Shown: in pieces, positions 1 to 7,720 of the stretch
Numbering within the stretch: the first letter of the stretch is position 1
How the letters are laid out: each line of letters opens with the position of its first letter
NCBI GenBank assembly: GCA_963747695.1
Contig: CAVVFV010000003.1
Span: forward strand, 81,296-145,295
Direction: 5' to 3'
DNA: 64,000 nt
From: Candidatus Falkowbacteria bacterium
GTDB taxonomy: Bacteria > Patescibacteriota > Patescibacteriia > Patescibacteriales > WJLG01
Program-made: the position numbers and the translations under genes
The notes under the pieces: model-generated
Told to the model about the DNA's origin: nothing
Seen by the model: only the letters and a program-made list of their open reading frames with translations
Databases searched by the model: none

Positions 1-454
1 TTAGCTTGGCGGCAAATGCCGGATTTTTCTTGGCTAATTCAGCAAATAATTCTTGAGCTGTCATTTTCTCTTTTTCAGCGCGTACCGGCAAATCAGGTTT
101 GATTTCCGTCAGTTGATAATTTTCCACGACTGCTTCCAGATATTGGCCCGAACCGCCGACGATGATCGGCAGCTTGCCTCGTTCCAAAATATCTTCAAGC
201 GCGGCAAACGCCTGCTGCTGATATTCGGCGACACTGAATATTTCCCCGGGATCGGCCACATCAATCAAGTGATATTTCACATCTCCGTATTCGGCCAGGT
301 CTTTTCCCGAGCCGACGTCCAGACCGCGGTAAACCTGCCGCGAATCGGCGGAAACTATTTCACCATTAAATTCCCGCGCCAAATCCACGCCAAGCTTGGT
401 TTTGCCGGAAGCGGTTGTCCCTAATATTACGACAATTTTTAAATTTTTTTGCAT
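1..454 (-). CDS. miaA: tRNA dimethylallyltransferase, N-terminal part; the gene runs off the left window edge
   Basis: Not in the ORF track because no stop lies inside the window. My translation from the ATG at 454-452 gives MQKNLKIVVILGTTASGKTKLGVDLAREFNGEIVSADSRQVYRGLDVGSGK... The P-loop GTTASGKT plus SADSRQVYRGLDVGSGK is the MiaA signature. Confidence 0.85.
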   Translation of the reverse strand, partial: MQKNLKIVVILGTTASGKTKLGVDLAREFNGEIVSADSRQVYRGLDVGSGKDLAEYGDVKYHLIDVADPGEIFSVAEYQQQAFAALEDILERGKLPIIVGGSGQYLEAVVENYQLTEIKPDLPVRAEKEKMTAQELFAELAKKNPAFAAKL

Positions 455-536
455 AATTGACTAACTGGCGATCATAATGATAAACTGATTCGATATTACC
501 AGAATTAAACGTTCATTTCAAATAAGGAGAATAAAA

Positions 537-1265
537 ATGGATAATGATATTAATCCGGTCTTCAACTTCAAAACTGGTTCAATTTTTTTGAGCGATTTTC
601 CAGCCGTGGCTGGCATCACTCCGATCGCCGCCGGTGATTTCAGCAAAAACAGCGTTCACGATGAATTCATTCTGGATCATCAGCTGACCAATCAGCTGGG
701 CGGGCATTCCTACCATAAAATCTACGACGGGCAAAGCAACGCGATCGTTTTCAGCAACGACTGCGGCGCTTATCGCTACTGCGGGGCGCTGATCAGTTAT
801 CAGGAAACCTACGAGCCGGAAGTCCTCATTTGCACGACCGCTGATAGCGCGACGGTAGTACTCGCGACCGAAGACCATAAACTGATCGCAATCATCTACT
901 GCGGCGAAGATGAAACCGCGGATTGGATCGTACCTAAGACCATCGAGGTGATCCGGCGAAGATGTAAAATTGATCCGGGAGAAATTGTGGTTGGCCTGTT
1001 CCCGGGAATTTGCCACCGTTGTAACGGATCAGTCGATGAGTCCCATCGCGACGATCCGTTGCTTCGTTTAGATGAAGGGATCGATCTCAAGCGCATCATC
1101 CAGCGGCAATTATGGGATAGCAATATTGATTCGTTGAAGGTCAGATATTCCCATCTTTGCTCCTATGAATCAAAATTCAGAGTAGACGGCAAGCCGATCC
1201 TTTATTCAGCCCGAAGGAATGATCAGCAGCGAAACGCCGTCTTCATTTCCCGCATCCCCTTTTAA
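537..1265 (+). CDS. PgeF/YfiH (laccase-domain, DUF152)-like protein with substituted conserved Cys/His positions
   Basis: 242 aa. The overall pattern matches: TTADSATVVL resembles TADCxP, AIIYCGEDE sits at the HAGWRG position, GICHRCNG, and C-terminal LCSY...YSARRND...RNAVFI resembles CT...FSYRRD...GR. Similarity is judged by eye only. Confidence 0.4.
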   Translation: MDNDINPVFNFKTGSIFLSDFPAVAGITPIAAGDFSKNSVHDEFILDHQLTNQLGGHSYHKIYDGQSNAIVFSNDCGAYRYCGALISYQETYEPEVLICTTADSATVVLATEDHKLIAIIYCGEDETADWIVPKTIEVIRRRCKIDPGEIVVGLFPGICHRCNGSVDESHRDDPLLRLDEGIDLKRIIQRQLWDSNIDSLKVRYSHLCSYESKFRVDGKPILYSARRNDQQRNAVFISRIPF

Positions 1266-2593
1266 CGAAGGGGATTTTTTTTAACAAGTTTTCCGGTCAA
1301 ACCAAAATCTTTCGCTTCAAAAATCTTGACCTTGACGAATTCACCTTTAAGCTTATCAGCCGCCGAACCGAGGATCTTGACCGTGATGAATTGCTCGTTT
1401 TTGCCCAGCCACTCTCCGCGCTTATTCTTTTCGGTAACCAAGACCTGGATAACTTTATTTTTATAACGCTGATTATTTTTCCAAGCCGTTTTTTTTAGGA
1501 TTTCATTCAAAGCTTCCTCGCGGCGTTGTTTTTCGCGGGCCGATACGTTATCCGGCAATTTAGCCGCGGCGGTTCCCGGCCGCGGACTGAAACGCGCGAG
1601 ATAGACCATATCATATTTTGCCTGTCGCATCAGTTTTTCCGTGTTAGCGAATTGGGTTTTAGTTTCGCCGGGAAAGCCAACTATAATGTCGGTCGAAATT
1701 CCGATTGCCGGAAGCGCGGCTCTTAATTTTTTAATCAAGCTTAAATAATGCTTCACAGTGTATTTACGATTCATCGCCGCGAGTATCCGGTCGTCGCCCG
1801 ACTGCACCGGCAGATGGATCTGCCGGCAGATCTTGGAATTTTTTTTCATTACCGCGATCAACTCTCTACTCATATTCTTGGGATGCGAAGTGAAAAACCT
1901 AATCCAAAAATCCCCGGGCAATCTAGCAACGGCCGCCAAAATTTCCGGGAAATAAATATCCTCGCCGATTTTCTTCCTGGGAAAATATTTCAAATCGCTT
2001 TTACCGACGATCGCCGCGTAACTATTCACATTCTGGGCGATCAAAACAATTTCTTTATATCCTTGGGCGATAAAATTCTCGGCTTCTTTGATAATCGTCC
2101 CGGCCGAACGATAAACTTCCCGGCCGCGGGCATAAGGCACCACGCAATACGAACAAAAATTATCGCAGCCATTGCCGATCGGCACATAGGCGGAAAATTC
2201 CGATTCGGTCTTGGGAAAGATATCCAGATAATCGGCGGCGATGAATTTTTTATTTTTCAGGCCAAGTTCGCGGTCAAGCTCGGGCAAATTCTTGATCGGC
2301 AAAAAGATATCCACCACACCAGCTAATCTTCTTTTCACATCCGGCCTTTCCGAAAGGCAACCCGTCAGGACTATCTTGACGGCAGGATTTTTTTTCCTGA
2401 TCTCCGGAATCAAGCCGTAATTGCGATCTTCGGCTTTTTGGCGGATACCGCAGGTATTCAAAACCACCAAACCGGCCTTGGCGCGGTTCGGTTCGTAGCG
2501 GTAGCCGTAAGATTCCAGGTATCCAGCCACTCGTTCGCTATCGGAAATATTCATCTGACAGCCGATGGTGATGATATGATAAGATTTGGTCAT
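1262..2593 (-). CDS. miaB: tRNA-i6A37 methylthiotransferase (radical SAM)
   Basis: 443 aa. N-terminal YHIITIGCQMNISDSE, radical-SAM cluster motif GCDNFCSYCVVPYARGRE, and a C-terminal TRAM-like tail. Confidence 0.9.
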   Translation of the reverse strand: MTKSYHIITIGCQMNISDSERVAGYLESYGYRYEPNRAKAGLVVLNTCGIRQKAEDRNYGLIPEIRKKNPAVKIVLTGCLSERPDVKRRLAGVVDIFLPIKNLPELDRELGLKNKKFIAADYLDIFPKTESEFSAYVPIGNGCDNFCSYCVVPYARGREVYRSAGTIIKEAENFIAQGYKEIVLIAQNVNSYAAIVGKSDLKYFPRKKIGEDIYFPEILAAVARLPGDFWIRFFTSHPKNMSRELIAVMKKNSKICRQIHLPVQSGDDRILAAMNRKYTVKHYLSLIKKLRAALPAIGISTDIIVGFPGETKTQFANTEKLMRQAKYDMVYLARFSPRPGTAAAKLPDNVSAREKQRREEALNEILKKTAWKNNQRYKNKVIQVLVTEKNKRGEWLGKNEQFITVKILGSAADKLKGEFVKVKIFEAKDFGLTGKLVKKNPLR

Positions 2594-2729
2594 TAAATGA
2601 CAAATTACAAATGAAAAATTACAAATTATTTTATAATTATTTTCTCATTATGTCAATTTCCTGGTTAAACTTAAAATTCCACTGGGCGTGGAATAATACA
2701 TATTTCATAAAATCTGTAATCTGTAATTT

Positions 2730-3611
2730 TTAATTTTTAATTTTCCGGGTCATTTCCGCCAGCTCGTCGTCGCTGTAAAAATCAATGATGATCTTGCCGC
2801 CGCGGTTGGCGCGCTTGATCTCGGTTTTGGCGCCGAAGAAGGAACGGAAAGCGGCTTCGCGGGCAAGATCGGCCGGGTCATGCTTGATGCGCGATTCTTT
2901 GGTACCGCCGATCTTCCGTACCTGGCGGCTGGTTTCTCTGACTGTCCAATCGTTTTGCAAGATCTTCCGAAAGACATTCAGCTGCTTGGCCTCCGTATCA
3001 AGTCCTAAAAGATATATAGCATGGGCTTCGCTTAATTTTCCGACGGCCAAAGCAGCGCGGATTTCCGACGGCAATGACAGCAAACGCAGCGTATTAGAAA
3101 CTTGGGGGCGCGACTTCCCGACTTTTTTGGCCGTATCTTCCAGGCTCAAATTGAAATCATCCATCAGTTGGCGATAGGCGGCGGCGGTATCGATCGGATT
3201 TAGATCTTCACGCTGCAGATTTTCCACCAAGGCCACTTCCAACTTTTTCTGATGATCATAATCACGAACGATCACGGGAACTTTGTCCAGCCCGGCGACC
3301 TTGGCGGCGCGCAGGCGGCGTTCGCCGGCGATCAATTCATAACGGCTACCCTGCTTGGTAACGATCAACGGCTGAATGATCCCGTAAGTTTTTATCGAAT
3401 CAGCTAATTCGTTGATATCGATGTCGGAAAAACTTTTGCGCGGCTGCAGCGGGTTGGCCTCGATCTCTCCGGTCGCGATTTGCAATACCCCGTCGGCAGA
3501 CGCCACATTCGTCGCCGGCGCATAATATTCATCTTGCCTGATCACGCCGCTCGATTTTTCTTTTTTCGGCGGAATTAATGCTGATAATCCTCTGCCTAAA
3601 CCGTAAGCCAT
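2730..3611 (-). CDS. parB: Chromosome partitioning protein ParB/Spo0J
   Basis: N-terminal GLGRGLSALIP and a ParB box (IQPLIV...ELIAGERRLRAAK). It lies directly downstream of parA. Confidence 0.9.
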   Translation of the reverse strand: MAYGLGRGLSALIPPKKEKSSGVIRQDEYYAPATNVASADGVLQIATGEIEANPLQPRKSFSDIDINELADSIKTYGIIQPLIVTKQGSRYELIAGERRLRAAKVAGLDKVPVIVRDYDHQKKLEVALVENLQREDLNPIDTAAAYRQLMDDFNLSLEDTAKKVGKSRPQVSNTLRLLSLPSEIRAALAVGKLSEAHAIYLLGLDTEAKQLNVFRKILQNDWTVRETSRQVRKIGGTKESRIKHDPADLAREAAFRSFFGAKTEIKRANRGGKIIIDFYSDDELAEMTRKIKN

Positions 3612-3659
3612 ATGTTCAATTAAAAATTAAAAGTTAAAAATTAAAAATAATCCGAAATT

Positions 3660-4430
3660 TTACTGTTTGCATTCCAGGTCGATAATTTCCCGGGCCAATC
3701 GCTCGTAGGCGCGGCCGCCTTTGGAATTATGGTCGTAATGCAAGATCGAACGGCCGTAACTGGGCGCTTCGGCCAAGCGGACGCTTCTAGGAATTACTGA
3801 ACGAAAAACACGATTAGGGAAATATTGATAGAGTTCAGCCATCACCGAAGAAGATAATTTGTTGCGGGCGTCGAACATCGTGATCACGGCGCCCATGATC
3901 CCCAGACTCGGCTTCAAATTATTCTGCACCAGAGAAATCGTTTCCAATAATTGCCCCAAGCCTTCCAGCGCGTAATACTCGCTCTGCACCGGGATCAAAA
4001 CTTCATCGGCGGCCACCAGACTGTTGATCGTCAAAAGTCCCAGTGACGGCGGCGCGTCGATTATAATATAATCATATTCATTTTTTGTCAGTTCTAAAAG
4101 ATGCAACAAACGGAATTCCCGATTATCAAGATTAACCAGCTCGACCCCCGCGCCGGCCAAAGCCGGTGTCGACGGCGCCAGATGATATTTTTCCTGTTTG
4201 GTTTTTTTGATGATCTCAAAAATGGTTTTTTGCTCGGTCAAGGCTTCATAAAGACCGTGCTCCAATTCCTTCGGCTCGATGCCCAGCCCGGAAGTGGCAT
4301 TCCCCTGCGGATCGACGTCGACGAGTAAAACGTGCTTCCCGGCTTGCGCCAAATACGCCCCCAGATTAACCGCGGTGGTGGTCTTGCCTACTCCCCCTTT
4401 TTGGTTGACGACGGCGATTATTTTCCCCAT
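3660..4430 (-). CDS. parA: Chromosome partitioning ATPase ParA/Soj
   Basis: Deviant Walker A in KIIAVVNQKGGVGKTTTAVNLG. 256 aa, forming an operon with parB. Confidence 0.9.
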   Translation of the reverse strand: MGKIIAVVNQKGGVGKTTTAVNLGAYLAQAGKHVLLVDVDPQGNATSGLGIEPKELEHGLYEALTEQKTIFEIIKKTKQEKYHLAPSTPALAGAGVELVNLDNREFRLLHLLELTKNEYDYIIIDAPPSLGLLTINSLVAADEVLIPVQSEYYALEGLGQLLETISLVQNNLKPSLGIMGAVITMFDARNKLSSSVMAELYQYFPNRVFRSVIPRSVRLAEAPSYGRSILHYDHNSKGGRAYERLAREIIDLECKQ

Positions 4431-4524
4431 GAAGATTGGAATTTAGAATATGGAATATGGAATTTGGAATATAAATATATAGATATTATATATAATTTTA
4501 GAGCTTTTGACAAATAACAAAGAA

Positions 4525-4553
4525 TTGACAAGAGAAATAAGATTATATATAAT
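4525..4553 (+). promoter_or_regulatory. Sigma70-type promoter upstream of tRNA-Leu (TTGACA-17 nt-TATAAT)
   Basis: TTGACA at 4525-4530, a 17-nt spacer, then TATAAT at 4548-4553, read directly. tRNA-Leu starts about 85 nt downstream. Confidence 0.6.
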
Positions 4554-4636
4554 AAAAACATTGAAAAAGCTTGCTGGAAGCTTTTTATTTTAGGAAATTC
4601 TAAATTCCATTTTCCAAATTCCAGCTTCCGAGATCC

Positions 4637-4720
4637 GGGCGTGTGGCGGAACTGGCAGACGCGCACGACTCAAAATCGTGTGGAAGCAATTCCATGAGAG
4701 TTCGATTCTCTCCATGCCCA
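4637..4720 (+). tRNA. tRNA-Leu(CAA), class II with long variable arm; no encoded CCA
   Basis: Hand fold: acceptor GGGCGTG/CATGCCC, anticodon arm CACGA-CTCAAAA-TCGTG, variable hairpin GGAA-GCAA-TTCC, T arm GAGAG-TTCGATT-CTCTC. Confidence 0.9.
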
Positions 4721-4726
4721 CAAAAG

Positions 4727-4760
4727 AAAAAGACCGGCTCTTTTGGCCGGTCTTTTTATT
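4727..4760. terminator. Intrinsic terminator hairpin after tRNA-Leu, usable in both directions
   Basis: AGACCGGC (4731-4738) pairs with GCCGGTCT (4746-4753). It is flanked by an A-run on one side and a T-run on the other. Confidence 0.75.
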
Positions 4761-4874
4761 TTGGCTTTGGAGAATCGAACGTGAGGGGTTTGGGGAACGG
4801 CAGTTCCCCACCGTTTCCGAGGGATGGTATTGGAAGGGGTGGAAACCCCTTCCAAAGAGGAGCGCCAGCGACGA
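4761..4874 (-). repeat. GC-rich hairpin module (copy E1) inserted between tRNA-Leu and a duplicate of its 3' end
   Basis: 4761-4780 is an imperfect inverted copy of the tRNA-Leu T-loop/acceptor 3' strand. Hairpins sit at 4792-4809 and 4832-4853. The reverse complement aligns over about 90 nt with 37905-37985. Confidence 0.7.
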
Positions 4875-4899
4875 TTCGATTTCTCTCCATGCCCACAAA
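4875..4899 (+). repeat. Direct repeat of the tRNA-Leu 3' end (T loop to discriminator plus 4 nt)
   Basis: TTCGATTTCTCTCCATGCCCACAAA here versus TTCGATTCTCTCCATGCCCACAAA at 4701-4724; the only difference is one extra T. Confidence 0.85.
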
Positions 4900-4902
4900 T
4901 AA

Positions 4903-4930
4903 AAAACTTCGGCGTCTAGCCGGAGTTTTT
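4903..4930 (+). terminator. Second intrinsic terminator, after the duplicated tRNA-Leu 3' end
   Basis: CTTCGGC pairs with GCCGGAG around loop GTCTA, followed by a T-run. Confidence 0.6.
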
Positions 4931-4957
4931 TAAATAAATAGAAAAAAATTCATTGTC

Positions 4958-5995
4958 TCATCTGGCAGATCGCGCATTAATGATATCGCCGATAATAATA
5001 TTAGCGGTCATCGCCAAGGGAATCGCCAGCACCGTGCCGACGATGCCGGCCAATTCAAAGCCGATCAGCATCACCGCGATGATAATGATCGGATTCAAAC
5101 CGATAATCCGTCCCATCACTTGCGGCACGATGACATGGCCTTCCAGCCAGTGAGTGAGATAATAGAGGACTGCGACGGCGATCACCAGCACCGGCGCCTG
5201 GATGAAGGAAACCAACAGCGCTGGAATGGCCGAAATCAGCGGCCCAAGATAAGGAATAAACTCGGCGATCCCGGCGATCAGCGCCAGAACCAAGGCGTAT
5301 TTGACTCCGATGATCAGCAAACCGACGTAAACGATAGTGAAAACGATCAACGATAAGAGCAACTGGCCTCTTAACCATCTGCCCACGCCGCGTTCAATCC
5401 GATCGGACAGACTCAAAGCGTAAGGCTGATTCTCCGGCGGGACGACCGACCTGATCAATTTATTCAGCGCCCGATCTTCGACTAACATATAAAACGTCAA
5501 GACCATAATCAGGATAAATGACAGAATTCCGCCAAAAAAAGTCACCAGCGAAGAAAAAATCTTTCCCGCCGCTCCCTGCCAATTTGCTCCCAGCGAGTTT
5601 ACTTCATCGACCAGCGACGCGTTGGTCTGATTACTATCCGAGTAACCGTCCAAGAAAGACAGGCTGTTCGTCACCTTGGAAATATATTCCGGGGAATTCC
5701 TGGAAAATTCAACGACTTCCCGGGCAACCGGCGGCACAAACAGATAAACCGCCATGCCGATTAAAAAAATAACAATCAAATAAAGGATCGCTGCCGACAA
5801 AACGCGGGGAATTTTTCGCCGCTGCAACCAGTCAACCGCCGGCTGGATGGCGCTGGAGAGGAGAAAAGCGACGAAAAGAATAACTAAGACGCTTCTGACC
5901 ATAAATAAAAAATAAATCGCCGCCAAAACGACGATTATTTTTAAAATTCCCTGCCAGGAAATATTAATATTGATTACCTTTTTACTTTCTTCCAT
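4958..5995 (-). CDS. AI-2E family transporter (PerM/UPF0118-type permease)
   Basis: 345 aa with multiple TM segments. The conserved C-terminal block ...LIAGIAEFIPYLGPLISAIPALLV... is typical of the family. Confidence 0.75.
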   Translation of the reverse strand: MEESKKVININISWQGILKIIVVLAAIYFLFMVRSVLVILFVAFLLSSAIQPAVDWLQRRKIPRVLSAAILYLIVIFLIGMAVYLFVPPVAREVVEFSRNSPEYISKVTNSLSFLDGYSDSNQTNASLVDEVNSLGANWQGAAGKIFSSLVTFFGGILSFILIMVLTFYMLVEDRALNKLIRSVVPPENQPYALSLSDRIERGVGRWLRGQLLLSLIVFTIVYVGLLIIGVKYALVLALIAGIAEFIPYLGPLISAIPALLVSFIQAPVLVIAVAVLYYLTHWLEGHVIVPQVMGRIIGLNPIIIIAVMLIGFELAGIVGTVLAIPLAMTANIIIGDIINARSAR

Positions 5996-6084
5996 ATTTT
6001 TATAATCCGAATGTTATTAATCAATGTTTTCGTTTCGTAGTCGTTCGTAGTATTCGGGTATTTCGTAGGTTCGGATTATTTATC

Positions 6085-7587
6085 TTACTTGATGATAATC
6101 TTTATCCGATCAACCAAGCTTGGGGCCCTGGTAATGAACGGCGGCATAAATGTTAATTTCACGTCGGAAAATTTATCCAATCCCAGCAAATATTTTTTGA
6201 TCTGGTCCGCGGTCAAACCGACCAGCTTGGTTTTATCCACCGCATTATCGATTTCCGAGAGCGCCATCGTGCCCACGATCGGAACCTGTAAATTAGCCGT
6301 ACCGTTCTTAAAATCGCTGCCGGTTAAATTGTATTGAATCGAACTTTGGTCGAGTCCGACGAATTTTTCTCCGGCCGGAACCACGGAAACGAGGCGAGCT
6401 TGGGCCAGCTTCTGCACGTCGGCTGTCTGGAAAGCGACCACATCAACATTGGCGGTAAGCGCCAGATTGAAAGAATCAATTTTATCGCCGGCCTTGATCG
6501 AACTGGAAGCCACCAGAGAATCCTTGTCCACCTGGACGATCACTTTATCATAACCTTTGTAATTATCAGTAAATTGCTGATTAACCTGATTAACCAGCGA
6601 TTCTTTGATATCCTGGGTTGCTTTGGCAATATCTGAATTTTGCACGAATTTCTGGACATCGGATTGATAAACGAAAGCAGTCGTCGACTTGGCAAAAATC
6701 TTATCCTGCAGCCCGGCCCAGAGGCCCGGTATCGTAAAGGTGGTCGGGCCGATTGCCATGTCCGCACTTGGCTCATCGGTATAGATGTCCACGTCGGTCG
6801 AACCGCCGGCCGGAATGGTAACCTGATTCTTGATGCGGAATAATTTACCATCAGGCGTCAATAATCTGGTCGTCGCCACTAAAGTCTTATCCTGGCTGTA
6901 ATTATTGATAATACTGACCTTGCCCGTAACTTCCTGACCCAGAACATTGGCGCCGGTAGCCTGATAAATTTTTTGCGCCTTGACCGGAATTTGCTCAACC
7001 GTACCGATGATATCGGCGACGTTGTTCAGATTGGCAGAGGTCGTAGTTGGCGCCGCATTGGTCACGATCAGATTCAGCTGATCGCTGATCCGTTCGGTCT
7101 TGGGCGTCACTTCGACGGTTAAGCTGACGAGGAAAAAATAAAAAGCCGCCGCGATCAACGCCAGCGTCAAGATTATAAAAAAGATAGAGATGCGGCGATA
7201 AACGCCGACCGGCCGCGAGGCTGCTTCGGACTTGGGTTTTTTCTTTTCCTTGCCATGACGACGCGATGATTCCGCTTTAGTTTCTTCGAGACGGTGGCTG
7301 ACGCGATGAAAATAATCTTTCTCATGTTTTTTATTCTTTTTCCCGACTCCATTGGCTTTGACAGAAACAAGCTTGTCCTCCGTAGCTCCGCCCGGCGGAG
7401 CGAAGGAGGAATTTTCCTTTGCCTTAAACTCTCGTCCGACGACGCGCACCGACAATTTACTTTTTTTGGGAAGATTTTCCGCGGCAATTTCCTGCTCCGG
7501 TTCGGCTTTGGGTTCGGCAATCCGCCGTTTCACCGCCACGGACTTTATCTTTGTCGAAGTGATAGAATCATTTTTTTCGGAAGCCAT
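6085..7587 (-). CDS. Hypothetical single-pass membrane protein with a Lys-rich N-terminal tail, one TM segment and a large beta-rich ectodomain
   Basis: A 500-aa ORF with a clean frame. The TM segment is ISIFFIILTLALIAAAFYFFLV. I recognise no family motif. Confidence 0.55.
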   Translation of the reverse strand: MASEKNDSITSTKIKSVAVKRRIAEPKAEPEQEIAAENLPKKSKLSVRVVGREFKAKENSSFAPPGGATEDKLVSVKANGVGKKNKKHEKDYFHRVSHRLEETKAESSRRHGKEKKKPKSEAASRPVGVYRRISIFFIILTLALIAAAFYFFLVSLTVEVTPKTERISDQLNLIVTNAAPTTTSANLNNVADIIGTVEQIPVKAQKIYQATGANVLGQEVTGKVSIINNYSQDKTLVATTRLLTPDGKLFRIKNQVTIPAGGSTDVDIYTDEPSADMAIGPTTFTIPGLWAGLQDKIFAKSTTAFVYQSDVQKFVQNSDIAKATQDIKESLVNQVNQQFTDNYKGYDKVIVQVDKDSLVASSSIKAGDKIDSFNLALTANVDVVAFQTADVQKLAQARLVSVVPAGEKFVGLDQSSIQYNLTGSDFKNGTANLQVPIVGTMALSEIDNAVDKTKLVGLTADQIKKYLLGLDKFSDVKLTFMPPFITRAPSLVDRIKIIIK

Positions 7588-7720
7588 ATCTAGATCAATT
7601 AAAAATTAAAAATGAAAAATTAACAATCATTAATTAATCATTAGTTCCTCCTGCGTTTTTAATGATGATAAAAACTAAAACTTAGAAGTTAATATTTCTA
7701 TCGTTATTATACTATATTCC

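Noticed and set aside
2594-4636. I looked for a parS site (TGTTNCACGTGAAACA type) around parAB.
   Set aside because: I found no close match by eye in the parAB flanks, so nothing is reported. A computational scan could still find a degenerate site.
4779-4868. The two roughly 90-nt homologous segments (4779-4868 and 37900-37985) might be the template and variable repeats of a diversity-generating retroelement, which are common in CPR genomes.
   Set aside because: The differences are not adenine-specific, several are compensatory stem changes, the segments lie outside coding regions, and no reverse transcriptase is in the window.
4590-4933. ORFs of 61-102 aa overlapping tRNA-Leu and its downstream module.
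   Set aside because: They read straight through a tRNA gene and two terminators, so they are not coding.
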